A DNA stretch of 57,972 bases, from contig CAIPTA010000173.1 in NCBI GenBank assembly GCA_903867855.1, positions 1 through 57,972 of the forward strand. The letters are read 5' to 3'. The stretch is from Oligoflexia bacterium (GTDB taxonomy: Bacteria > Bdellovibrionota > UBA1018 > CAIPTA01). Of the stretch, positions 7,839 to 17,330 are shown one piece after another. A program made the translations under genes and the position numbers. Each line of letters opens with the position of its first letter. Positions within the stretch are counted from its first letter, which is position 1. The notes beneath the pieces were generated by a model, which ran no database searches, was not told where the DNA came from, and saw only the letters and a list, made by a program, of their open reading frames with translations.

Positions 7839-8675
7839 ATGACAAAGGAACTAAACCAAGCGAGCCGCGATCAAATTAGAGAGCTAACGAAGCTTCTAGG
7901 CACTTCTATACCTTCTTTGACGCTCTTTGTCGCGGGATATTTACTCTGGGGACTTACGGCAGTTCTTTTTCTCCTACACAGAATTCCGATAGCGCTCGTT
8001 GTGCTGCTAAGTTTCGTGAGTTTTACGATTGGCTACACTCCCTTCCATGAGGCAGTTCATGGAAATGTGTCGAAAATCAAATGGCTCAATAACTGGGTGG
8101 GGCGCCTCACAGCTAGTATGCTTTTTTCTCCCTATCAAGGCTTTCGCTATGTGCACCTTAAGCATCATCGCTTTACCAATCGAAAAGGAATTGATCCAGA
8201 TCTGTGGAGCGCCCGTGGAAAAGCAGTGTTCCGATGGTTTACCCAGGATCTATACTACTATTTTGTTTATTTGAAGGAGCGAAAGAATAACTCTATTCGC
8301 ATCCGAGTTGAGGTGGTTTTACAGGTGGTGATCCTGCTTGCGATCGCGCTTTGGGCCTGCCGCATGGGCTATGGAAGTTTAATTTTGTGGGGATGGATTG
8401 TGCCGGCTCGATTTGGGATTGCCTGGCTATCCTTCAGTTTCACATGGCTACCGCATTATCCTCATGATGAGGCTCTACAGGATAATACGCATAAGGCCAC
8501 TTGCGTGCGTAGTTCACCGTGGTTAACCGTGCCACTATTCTTTCAAAATTATCACCTAATTCATCACCTCTATCCCTCTGCGCCGTTTACCCGATATATT
8601 GCGATTTGGAAAATCGGGAAAGAACACTTTCTTGCGCAGGGGACGAGGGAAGTAAAAAAAATCTGGCAGATTTAG
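7839..8675 (+). CDS. Fatty acid desaturase / beta-carotene hydroxylase (CrtR-like) family
   Basis: Three His boxes HEAVH, HLKHH and HLIHH, plus TM segments. Confidence 0.85.
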   Translation: MTKELNQASRDQIRELTKLLGTSIPSLTLFVAGYLLWGLTAVLFLLHRIPIALVVLLSFVSFTIGYTPFHEAVHGNVSKIKWLNNWVGRLTASMLFSPYQGFRYVHLKHHRFTNRKGIDPDLWSARGKAVFRWFTQDLYYYFVYLKERKNNSIRIRVEVVLQVVILLAIALWACRMGYGSLILWGWIVPARFGIAWLSFSFTWLPHYPHDEALQDNTHKATCVRSSPWLTVPLFFQNYHLIHHLYPSAPFTRYIAIWKIGKEHFLAQGTREVKKIWQI

Positions 8676-8983
8676 TTGCAGCTAACTTGGATTTCTTGGT
8701 CGTGATAAAAGAAAACACTACCTGCTTCGGCATTTGTTTCTAATTTGATATCGCGAGCATCGGTGAGATAGTTCAAGCCAGCATCGGTAGTATCCGTGAC
8801 AAGATAAATCCCCACTATTACTGGCGCGTCTACGCCCACCTTATAGGTAAGCAAACTTTCTGTTGCATTTACGTTTACGGATGCTGCTTGCCCATCGGCG
8901 GTGACTCCAAGGCAGTTAATTGCTCCCGCAAAAGCGCTGGAAGATACGGTAAGGGCTAAAAGACTCATCAAAATTTTAGACAT
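8672..8983 (-). CDS. Small secreted hypothetical protein
   Basis: Signal peptide ending AFA, N- and C-terminal Cys, and an upstream AGGAG RBS. Confidence 0.65.
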   Translation of the reverse strand: MSKILMSLLALTVSSSAFAGAINCLGVTADGQAASVNVNATESLLTYKVGVDAPVIVGIYLVTDTTDAGLNYLTDARDIKLETNAEAGSVFFYHDQEIQVSCN

Positions 8984-9186
8984 AGATAGTTCTCCTGTGG
9001 CACGAAATATAAACTAATTTGGGCAGTTTTTAATACGCCGCGTCTATTAAGGCAAGCATAATTGTGCTTAGCATAAATCCTACACGCTTTCTGCAAATTA
9101 ACGCACTTTTGGATCCCAGCACTTTGGTTTCCAAGGGAAGTTGCCGAAACGAAGACAGGGAATACCCTTTAAAAAGGAAGTTCGGA

Positions 9187-11133
9187 TTGAAGACTGAGCG
9201 TAAACCAATAGCTATACTACTTTGCGACCCCGCTCGGGAAAGTGTGCCCTTGCGCAAGTTAGCGGGAGTGCTTCCGCGTTTGGCTGAGTTTCGTTCTGTA
9301 GACATTTCTACGCTGCAATCACTCACCGAGTTCTTAGCGAGTGGAAACGTAGCAATTGAGGAAGCCGCAATCTACGTGGAGGCAAATTGGTTTGTCGAGC
9401 GAGGGGTGGAATCGGACGCTAGCTTAGACAAAGCCAATATCATCGCTGTTGATTGTGAGCCTGGAGAGCCTATTTTCTCCAAAATTTCTTCACAATGGAA
9501 ACAAAAAATTTCCTATTTAGCGCTGGGAGCAATCTCTAATAAAGATCTACCAAAAGTACTTTCTGTGAGTTTAGAGCCTTGCGCCGTTCCTGGTATTTCG
9601 GCCATCGCAGAGAAAAATAGCGAAATTCTCTTCGAAAAAGTGCAGCGACTTTCCCAAATTGGTCATCGAATCGATCAAGTGGTTCAAAATATAGAAACAA
9701 AATTTCCCGAAATGGCTTCGCAAAGTTTCAACCTGCGGAATGTGAGCTATTCCATCTTGCAATTAGCTCTTATGGAAGCAATGGCAGCCACTAAAATAAT
9801 GGCGGTAGTTGATTTCCAAATCACTGCTAGCAATGAGCGAATTGCGTTCTCCACTCGCTTTAGCGCGCGCCCGGAAACGTATGCAGCATGGCGTAGTGAT
9901 ATGGCAAATTTGGCCAAGCCATTATGGCGCAGCCTCACGAGCTCTACAGATCTACTAGTTTTTACTCACCTTGAAGAGCGAAATGAAATTGAAGTGAAGG
10001 CACTAGTGAGCCAAGAGGCTGAAGGAAATATTTTCCACACGCGTTCTATCTTATTCAATTCGATTCGAGAGTTTCTGCCAGAGGCAGCTGGTGAAGGCGC
10101 AAAGCAGATTGGCACTTTCAAGGCTTTTGAAACTAAGCTACCCGACGCGAAAATGAGCTCAGAATCAGGCCAAGAGAACGAAGCAGAGGCCAACTCTAGT
10201 GAAGTTAGGATTGGTTCTGTCGACGAAGGTTTAAAATTAAAAATAAAAGCAGACATGTTGGAGGATGAGAAAAACACGCTACAAGAGCTTGTAAAAAAGA
10301 AAACGTCGCTTGTGTCTGGACTCCACAAAGATATTAATAAGCTGCAAAAAGATGCCGCTACCGCTCACAATAATGCTCAAAAAGAAGCACTGAAGTTGCG
10401 CATGGAAAATGAGCAAGCGAAAAATGATGTAGTAAAGCTAAATAAAGAATTAGCACGCATGAAGCGAAGATTCGCCGAACTAGAAGAAAAACAAAAAGCT
10501 GCCAATACCGATTCTAGCGGAGTGAAGCGGGATTTCGAAAAGGAATTAAAAGCATCCGAGCTTGCGAAAAAAGCGTTAGACACCAAGATCGATGAGCTCA
10601 TTAAGAAGCGCGAGTTGCAAGAGGGATTATTGGAAGAAACGCGAAAACAACATAGAGAATCCCAGGCTGAGGCGAAAGACCTAAAGGCAAAATTAGTGAT
10701 ATCGCAAAAAGCGCTCGAGGCGGCCCAAATGGGGGGAAGCAAGAGCAGCGGAAATTCCGAGGCTGATCAGCGTCGTGATGGTGGAGCTGGCGACAAATTA
10801 AAAGAAGCGCAAAAGCAATCTCTTAATGCAAAACAAGCAGCGGAAAACTTCGAAAAAGAATCAAAGCGCTTAGAAATTAAGCTAGCCAATACAGAATCAG
10901 CCCTTAAGGCAACGCAGGCAAAACTAGATAAGCAAGTGGCGAGTGCAGAGAAGGTTTTAGAGGAAGTAAAAAAACAAAAAACCGATGCGCTAAAAAAGGT
11001 AGACGACCTAAGTGCCATCATAAAAACGAAGCTCGAGGAGGCGAACGCCCGCGAGCGTGAGCTGAAGCGAAAAATTGATGAGCTCACGGCTCAGACAGGC
11101 GGCGCCAAAAAAGAAAAAGATAAGGCGGCCTAG
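9187..11133 (+). CDS. Hypothetical protein: alpha/beta N-terminal region plus ~300-aa C-terminal coiled coil
   Basis: The ORF track starts it at 9064. A TTG at 9187 after AGGAAG is the more likely start. The C-terminal half is a K/E-rich heptad pattern. Confidence 0.75.
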   Translation: MKTERKPIAILLCDPARESVPLRKLAGVLPRLAEFRSVDISTLQSLTEFLASGNVAIEEAAIYVEANWFVERGVESDASLDKANIIAVDCEPGEPIFSKISSQWKQKISYLALGAISNKDLPKVLSVSLEPCAVPGISAIAEKNSEILFEKVQRLSQIGHRIDQVVQNIETKFPEMASQSFNLRNVSYSILQLALMEAMAATKIMAVVDFQITASNERIAFSTRFSARPETYAAWRSDMANLAKPLWRSLTSSTDLLVFTHLEERNEIEVKALVSQEAEGNIFHTRSILFNSIREFLPEAAGEGAKQIGTFKAFETKLPDAKMSSESGQENEAEANSSEVRIGSVDEGLKLKIKADMLEDEKNTLQELVKKKTSLVSGLHKDINKLQKDAATAHNNAQKEALKLRMENEQAKNDVVKLNKELARMKRRFAELEEKQKAANTDSSGVKRDFEKELKASELAKKALDTKIDELIKKRELQEGLLEETRKQHRESQAEAKDLKAKLVISQKALEAAQMGGSKSSGNSEADQRRDGGAGDKLKEAQKQSLNAKQAAENFEKESKRLEIKLANTESALKATQAKLDKQVASAEKVLEEVKKQKTDALKKVDDLSAIIKTKLEEANARERELKRKIDELTAQTGGAKKEKDKAA

Positions 11134-11135
11134 CA

Positions 11136-14100
11136 TTGAAAATCGAATATAAAGGTAGAAAATTTCTCGAAATTTTGCCGGGTGAAATAAAGCCCATGGC
11201 GAAGCTTCGTTGCGATCTTTTCTTATATCTTCCAGTAAATAATCGCATGCTGAAGTTGCGTGATCGTAACTTTGAGATCGATCAAGTTTCTCTAGATTAC
11301 TATTTTGAGCAGAAGAAATATAAGTGTTTCATTCTTGACCCCGCAGAGCATCAAGATGTCTACGATTTCAATGGTGCAGATCTAGCGAATTTGAATCCAA
11401 GCTTACCTCAAGAAATAATCGAAAAATTTAACATACCCAAAGTGTTCGTGGGGGGGGATTCGCCTTCCAAGGCTACTTTGGAGGGAGGCCCTGAGGCAGA
11501 GCAGCGTACTTCAGCCGATGAGTCTGACCTGGCAATTGCCCAGAGAGTAAACACTGGCCAGGATAGCGAAAATGCGGAGGAGCAGAGTTTTTCTTCGGAA
11601 CTCAGTGAGGGTGAAATAGCGACCAAAGTGAAGGGGGGATCCGACGAAGAGGATGATTCGGAACAAGCCTTCGCAGCAGATGCTTCCGAAAATGATCAGC
11701 TCCAAAAAGTAAAAGGATTGAAAGAAGATGAGGATGATTTCGAGCAGAGCTTTTCGCCTGAGGAGCTAGCCAAGTTGGAGGAAGAACGAAAAATCAAAGC
11801 GGCAGAAATTGAGGCTGAGCTTGAGCGACAATTTTCGGCCAGCGATGAAGAGGAAGAATCACAGACAAAAATATGGGGTGAATCTGCACCAGAGGAAAGC
11901 ACGCGAATCGGCGCAGATATTCAGAGCATAGAAGAAAAGCTCTCCATTATAAAGCCAGATTCTGGCGCTTTCACCGAAGAGTTAAAGCGGATCGCAGCGG
12001 GAGAAGAAGAGGAAGACAACGACCTTTGGCGTAGTAACTTGAGCGAAGCAAAGGCCAGAGAATTCCAAGCCACCAAAGAAGATAAGGCGACTGCAAAACT
12101 ATCTAAGGATATCACCGAGCATTTAGGAAAATTACGCGGCGAATTTGCAAGAGCGCAGAGAGCGATTGCCACTTCGCCGGAAGATAAAGAAAGAATTGCG
12201 GCTACAAAAAAAGATTTGCGGGAACAGATTCAGCGAATTGAAGGTGTATCTGTAATCCTCGAAAGCCTAGATACCGAAAAGCCGGATAAGGACGACTTGC
12301 CAGAACATTTACAGTCAAAAGATAGAGCCGAGCTTCTCGAACTTCTAGAATCAGAACTTGGAGAGATGAAGGATTCGGTGCTTCTCGGCGAGGAAGACTA
12401 TGCTCTAGTGAAGAAGAAAATCTGGAAAATTAAGGCAAAGGAATTTGCGTATTCCGCAGAAGGATTATCTCAACTGAGAAAAGAAATGAGCGATCGACTG
12501 GAAACGCTGAAAGAATCCGGCACTTCGATGGAGGCCAACGAAGTAAAAGAGCTCAATGGGAATATCGAGCGAGAGGTTAAGAAAGCCAAGCTCAGTAAGA
12601 ATATTAGCAGTAGGATTAATGATCTTCGATTGGAATTCGCCAATCTTCTAGATGAAGTGGTGACTGGGGATGAGAAAAAGAAGGCAAACGAAGCGAGATC
12701 TGCAGAGCTTAGGAAAGATATTTCTAAATTAGATCAGCTTACGGCATCCGTGGAATTGGGCGAAGAGATTCCTGAAAAAGATATCGCAGACTATAACGAA
12801 GGAATTGAGCCAGAGTTTTTTGTTCAAGAGGGTGAGAATGGGCTTGCTAGTATGGATGTTTCCCTCGGCTGCCTTATGAACCTTGAAAACGAACTTATTA
12901 AAATGAAAATGGCCTCCGGACAAATGGAGAAAAAGCTAACGGCAAAGATTTTTGGCGATGAAAAAGAGAAAATTGAAGATGAAGCCAAAGAGGCGACTTC
13001 TGCTGAATTGAACTCTCTTCTGGCCGAAGAATCCGCTGCTAGTGGTCTAGACAGCCTTCTAGATCGCGTGGAAGAGGCAAAGGGAAACTTCGATAAATAT
13101 CAGCCAGACGATCTCGAGCGGTTAGATAAATCGATTTCTAGTGAGGTTCGTAGAGCTTCGGTGATTTCCAATATCGAACGGGCGGTTGCAGAAAAGCAAT
13201 TGCATTTACAAAATGGCCTTAAGGAATTAGCTCATCTTGGCGAAGATCCAAGTGAATTAGAAAAAACGGAAGAGAAAGAACTCAAGCTCCAGGATGAGAT
13301 AAAGCATCTATTAGATCTTCGCGATCAAGCAGAGCTAGATTTTAATCAGGAAGATCCCGAACTCGCTCCCTTTATGCCAGAGCAGGTTGAAGAGGTATTC
13401 TTCGTAGGTGCGAAAAAATTCAGCGATGGAAAGAAAAAGACAAAAGAGACGGTTGATCCAATAAAGAAAGAGAGTACGAAGGCCAAAACGCTTTTGGATA
13501 AGAATTCAGAAACTCTTGAAAATGAGATTTCTTCGGTTGGCACACTTCCTATCCGAAAGAATTCTATCGAAGCGAGAAGTTTAGGAAGGGTTCAGAAAAA
13601 ACTCTCTCGATTCATGAAAGAGTATTTAGAAACTGGAAAAGAAATTGATCCTAAGGCGATTTGGGAACTGAACAACCTCTTAGATAAAGAGGTGCGATCT
13701 GCTAAGGCAGAAATGAAAATCACTCAGCAGATGGTTGATCTCGCCGCAGAGTTGAATGCAGTGAAAGCGATCGTTCCGAACACTCCCGAAGAGAAAGCTG
13801 AATCCGACACGAAAGTCAAAAATCTAAATGTGAAAATGGGTGAGCTTGAGTCTCAGCGTCGTATCTTAGAAAAAGGGGGCGAGCTTTCCGCTGAAACCTT
13901 TGATGCCCTAGCGGTCTCTGTTCCCAATGAATTTCTAATACAATCAGATATTCCGACGGCGGAAATGATCAAATCAATCTCGGGCTCTATTGATGGGCTT
14001 AAGGATGAGCTGATTACGATTAAGAGGGATTCGCTAGAATTGGTCGATGATGTAGGCGTGCGCATAAAATCGGGAGAGATTCCCTTGCCTGATGATACTT

Positions 14101-14651
14101 TGATTAAAGACCACAATGCCGAAGAGCGCGCAGTGGAGACGAAGTTTCGCAATCTGATTTCCGGCGCTGATGGTAAGAATCTTCAGGCCGGAGTTTATGC
14201 TGCCACTATCTTCCGATTCTTCGGCTATGATAATAAGGAAATTGAAGAAGACTTAATTTTGGCCACTTTTATGCGTGGCTATAATAAACTCCAACTGACG
14301 GATGAATTTTCGGATTTAGTAAAGAAAATTTGGAACGCAGCTCAACCAAAGGCCACTTCGGATGAAATGGTTTTACGTGATCTCGGTCAGGCCGTGAAAA
14401 TGGCAAGCGGATACTTGGCGTCACCCAAGGTGATAACGGGCCGATTATCGATTGATCCCAAGGTATTCGATGAGTTCTGCGATTCTTTATTGGGCGACGA
14501 TCGGGAAAATCTCGACTTCGAACTAGTTGAAAGGGCTCGCTCCCGTGCGCAATCAGGATTGGCGCGCGCAGAACGAGACCAATTAGTGGATATTGCACGG
14601 CAGGTAAATAAAAAAATTGAAATGTGGAAGCGAATTAAGGCGGCCTTGTAG
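11136..14651 (+). CDS. 1171-aa acidic protein with HD-GYP-associated N-terminal domain, degenerate helical repeats and dead HD-like C-terminal domain
   Basis: TTG start 2 nt after the upstream stop. The N- and C-terminal segments align by eye with the in-window HD protein at 21242..22621. Confidence 0.75.
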   Translation: MKIEYKGRKFLEILPGEIKPMAKLRCDLFLYLPVNNRMLKLRDRNFEIDQVSLDYYFEQKKYKCFILDPAEHQDVYDFNGADLANLNPSLPQEIIEKFNIPKVFVGGDSPSKATLEGGPEAEQRTSADESDLAIAQRVNTGQDSENAEEQSFSSELSEGEIATKVKGGSDEEDDSEQAFAADASENDQLQKVKGLKEDEDDFEQSFSPEELAKLEEERKIKAAEIEAELERQFSASDEEEESQTKIWGESAPEESTRIGADIQSIEEKLSIIKPDSGAFTEELKRIAAGEEEEDNDLWRSNLSEAKAREFQATKEDKATAKLSKDITEHLGKLRGEFARAQRAIATSPEDKERIAATKKDLREQIQRIEGVSVILESLDTEKPDKDDLPEHLQSKDRAELLELLESELGEMKDSVLLGEEDYALVKKKIWKIKAKEFAYSAEGLSQLRKEMSDRLETLKESGTSMEANEVKELNGNIEREVKKAKLSKNISSRINDLRLEFANLLDEVVTGDEKKKANEARSAELRKDISKLDQLTASVELGEEIPEKDIADYNEGIEPEFFVQEGENGLASMDVSLGCLMNLENELIKMKMASGQMEKKLTAKIFGDEKEKIEDEAKEATSAELNSLLAEESAASGLDSLLDRVEEAKGNFDKYQPDDLERLDKSISSEVRRASVISNIERAVAEKQLHLQNGLKELAHLGEDPSELEKTEEKELKLQDEIKHLLDLRDQAELDFNQEDPELAPFMPEQVEEVFFVGAKKFSDGKKKTKETVDPIKKESTKAKTLLDKNSETLENEISSVGTLPIRKNSIEARSLGRVQKKLSRFMKEYLETGKEIDPKAIWELNNLLDKEVRSAKAEMKITQQMVDLAAELNAVKAIVPNTPEEKAESDTKVKNLNVKMGELESQRRILEKGGELSAETFDALAVSVPNEFLIQSDIPTAEMIKSISGSIDGLKDELITIKRDSLELVDDVGVRIKSGEIPLPDDTLIKDHNAEERAVETKFRNLISGADGKNLQAGVYAATIFRFFGYDNKEIEEDLILATFMRGYNKLQLTDEFSDLVKKIWNAAQPKATSDEMVLRDLGQAVKMASGYLASPKVITGRLSIDPKVFDEFCDSLLGDDRENLDFELVERARSRAQSGLARAERDQLVDIARQVNKKIEMWKRIKAAL

Positions 14652-14671
14652 GCGCCACCGGTTTCCAGAAA

Positions 14672-15115
14672 TTAAAGAGAACAGTAGGCCAAAATTTTTA
14701 GAGAAACTTCGATCGACTCTGAACTAAACGCAGCGGCTCCTGCCAATTTCCAAACCTCAAACTTATCCTCCCACGAAAGGGAGCAGAATCCAGTTTGAAG
14801 GTAGCAGTCTTCATGGGACGCAAATGCATTCGTTTTAAGCGTGGCACAACTCATTTCGGGATCTAATTTGTCAACGGCCTTTTGGAGGCAAAGCCGAACC
14901 TTCGGGTACCAATCCTGAAGTGCGAGTGAAGACTGCCGCTCTTGCTTTAGATAAACCTCACAAAGATGGTAGCCAAAATCAAGGAGATAGCCATTATCTC
15001 CGCAGCGCTTCTCTTCCTCTTTACACAAATAATAGTCGCAACTTTCCGGGCTTGGTTCGCAGGCATACGCGGAAAGTTGACTTGGCAAATGTAGCAGTAT
15101 CCAAAGAAAAATCAT
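14672..15115 (-). CDS. Secreted Cys-rich stanniocalcin-like protein
   Basis: Pattern C..Y.C.E....CG..GY...FGY..C...W...R.CLQ...C..L...AF.SH..CY...GFC.L. Confidence 0.65.
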   Translation of the reverse strand: MIFLWILLHLPSQLSAYACEPSPESCDYYLCKEEEKRCGDNGYLLDFGYHLCEVYLKQERQSSLALQDWYPKVRLCLQKAVDKLDPEMSCATLKTNAFASHEDCYLQTGFCSLSWEDKFEVWKLAGAAAFSSESIEVSLKILAYCSL

Positions 15116-15241
15116 TTTGGCTCCGGTGTCACCGACTTATCACAACGCATTATTTGATGACAAGGATTTGGTGAAAGCCTTGAATCATTAGAATTATCGA
15201 ACTCAATGAAAGTGCGCGACACTCTCCAATTGCTTCAGTTG

Positions 15242-15362
15242 AAAATTCCCAAATCGCGCTTTCTGCTAGGCGAAGAACGACGAGCGACTAAAACGTACAT
15301 TAATGTACGTTGCAGGAGACGAGGAGAGATTCAACAACGCAGAAAGACGATTTCGGAATTTT
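15242..15362. repeat. REP/MITE-like hairpin element 3' of tRNA-Leu(CAG)
   Basis: Imperfect ~24-bp terminal inverted repeats (15242-15266 and 15339-15362) enclose a perfect 20-bp palindrome AACGTACATTAATGTACGTT (15292-15311). Confidence 0.7.
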
Positions 15363-15365
15363 ACC

Positions 15366-15450
15366 TGGTGCACTCGGAGAGACTCGAACTCTCACACCGT
15401 TAAGCACACGGCCCTGAACCGTGCGTGTCTACCAATTCCACCACGAGTGC
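15366..15450 (-). tRNA. tRNA-Leu(CAG)
   Basis: GCACTCGTGGTGGAATTGGTAGACACG...CACGG-TTCAGGG-CCGTG anticodon arm, long variable arm, GTTCGAGTC T-loop and encoded CCA. Confidence 0.95.
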
Positions 15451-15547
15451 ATTTTTCGAAGAGGCTTCAATTTTCCATGAACATAGAATCTTGGCAAGCC
15501 TGATTTTTCGGCGAGCCAGCCAGAAAAAAATATGCTAACCCAAAAAC

Positions 15548-16165
15548 ATGTTTATTTTTAGCCTACAAATTTTACTTTCCCTGCTATTGCCTTCGCAGAG
15601 CTTCGCCACAACCAAGGGCTTGAGTCAAATCGTCACACCAGACTTGCAAAAGCCCGCAGATTTTTCCTTGAGTGCTCAGGCGCAGAATTCTCCAATTGGG
15701 AATCCTTATGAGGCGCAAGCAGAGTTGGGGCTTACTTCATGGGCAGAAGCGGCGGTATTCCGTGGCTTTAAGCCGGGGGAGTGGATCTTTGGCAGCGAGT
15801 TTGCGCTCATACAGCGAGAGCCCTATCTCTTGAGCACGGGTTTTATTAATTGGTCCACTCGCGGCACCACGATGCAGCCCTTTCTCGAGGGCGGCTACTA
15901 TTTAGAGCACAATAAGTGGATTGCCGGAACCATCGTGGTGAATTCGAAGGTGGAGGCGCTGCTCGGCTGGGCCTATGATTTCGATTCCCATTGGCGCGCG
16001 CAATTAGACTTTCAAAGTGGCGACGATAATTTTTCCAGCGTGGGTTTTACCTATACCTTGAATGATAGTTTTCAATTCAACCCGGCATTGTACATGGCTA
16101 ATTCCAGCGATCACAGTTTGCTGGGCTATATTGTGTTCACCTATACCTTGCCGCTCTGGAAGTGA
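15548..16165 (+). CDS. Exported beta-strand-rich protein, probable outer-membrane barrel
   Basis: Signal peptide ending SFA, alternating aromatic beta strands and a terminal aromatic (PLWK). Confidence 0.6.
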   Translation: MFIFSLQILLSLLLPSQSFATTKGLSQIVTPDLQKPADFSLSAQAQNSPIGNPYEAQAELGLTSWAEAAVFRGFKPGEWIFGSEFALIQREPYLLSTGFINWSTRGTTMQPFLEGGYYLEHNKWIAGTIVVNSKVEALLGWAYDFDSHWRAQLDFQSGDDNFSSVGFTYTLNDSFQFNPALYMANSSDHSLLGYIVFTYTLPLWK

Positions 16166-16168
16166 GGC

Positions 16169-17281
16169 TTAGATTTTTCTCATCACGGCTAGCGCTTCCA
16201 CATGGTGAGTTTGCGGAAAAAGATCGAGGGCGGCCACTTCTTGCAGAGAATAGCCATGGCGCGAGTAACGATGCAGATCGCGAGCCCACGCATCAGGTTC
16301 ACAGCCGATCACCAGCAATTCCGAAACATTCATTGCATTGAGCGATTGCACTACAGGAAGCCAAGCCTCTCCTAAACCATCTCTCGGCGGATCAAGCACG
16401 GCGGAAGTAGGGCCAGCATAAGGTTCCTTCGCTTTGGAGACTAACCAAGGGCCCACGGGCGCGCGATGGAAAGAATAATTAGTGGGCGTGCCTTCCGGAT
16501 TTGTACTCGGAGCTCCGTAATCCACGCAGTGAATTTCGGAATGGCGAGAGGCGAGGGCGAGACTCAAATTTCCGTGACCACCAAAGAGATCAAGGAGGCG
16601 AGTGCCTGGTGTTAGGTGAGAGGCGACCCAAGATTGGAGTTTTGCATTTTGTCCATCATGCACTTGGCGAAAGCCGCCCGCCGCATGACCCATATTCCAA
16701 AAAGCTTTTGTAGTGCCATCGGTGCGCACTTCTACTTCTACTTTATATTCTCGTGGTTTGGTTTTGCCTTGTTCGCGGAGAGAAGGAAGCAGCTCATTGA
16801 TTTCCTTTCGCGCAATCGGGCATTCTTCGATCGCTACCAAACGTTTCGATCCCTTCGCATAAAATCCAATCTCACTTTTATCGCCGCGCAGTTGCACGCG
16901 ATTGCGATAGTTCCAAATTTCTTCCGCAGGAAATTCTTTGATTTCTTTTTCCACTTCGATGCCCACGCGTTTCAACGAATGGCGAATTCCAGAAAGTTTT
17001 GTTTTCCACTGTTCGGAATAATCCAGATGTTGCCAGTCGCAGCCGCCGCACTCGCCGAATACAGAGCAGCGCGGAGTTACGCGTGAAGGAGAAGCGGTGA
17101 GCACCGCTTTGGTAACGGCTTCTGCGTAACGCTTTTCTATAGAAGTGATCTCGACCAGTAATTCGTCACCCGGTGCGCTAAACGGCACAAAAATAATTCG
17201 TCCCGATTCGTCGCGGCCCACTCCTGGCCCACCGCGTGACAAATCATGGATTTTCAGCTTGATCTCCTTGCTTTCCGGCAT
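16169..17281 (-). CDS. 23S rRNA m5U methyltransferase, TRAM-domain RlmD/RumA family
   Basis: TRAM domain, CSVFGECGGC Fe-S motif, YRNRVQL, LLDLFGGHG, LDPPRDG, GCEP, DLFPQTHHVE. Confidence 0.9.
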   Translation of the reverse strand: MPESKEIKLKIHDLSRGGPGVGRDESGRIIFVPFSAPGDELLVEITSIEKRYAEAVTKAVLTASPSRVTPRCSVFGECGGCDWQHLDYSEQWKTKLSGIRHSLKRVGIEVEKEIKEFPAEEIWNYRNRVQLRGDKSEIGFYAKGSKRLVAIEECPIARKEINELLPSLREQGKTKPREYKVEVEVRTDGTTKAFWNMGHAAGGFRQVHDGQNAKLQSWVASHLTPGTRLLDLFGGHGNLSLALASRHSEIHCVDYGAPSTNPEGTPTNYSFHRAPVGPWLVSKAKEPYAGPTSAVLDPPRDGLGEAWLPVVQSLNAMNVSELLVIGCEPDAWARDLHRYSRHGYSLQEVAALDLFPQTHHVEALAVMRKI

Positions 17282-17330
17282 CCGCTTGTTATGGTTGTGA
17301 CCGAACTCAATGTCAAGCTCAGGAGGCTTT

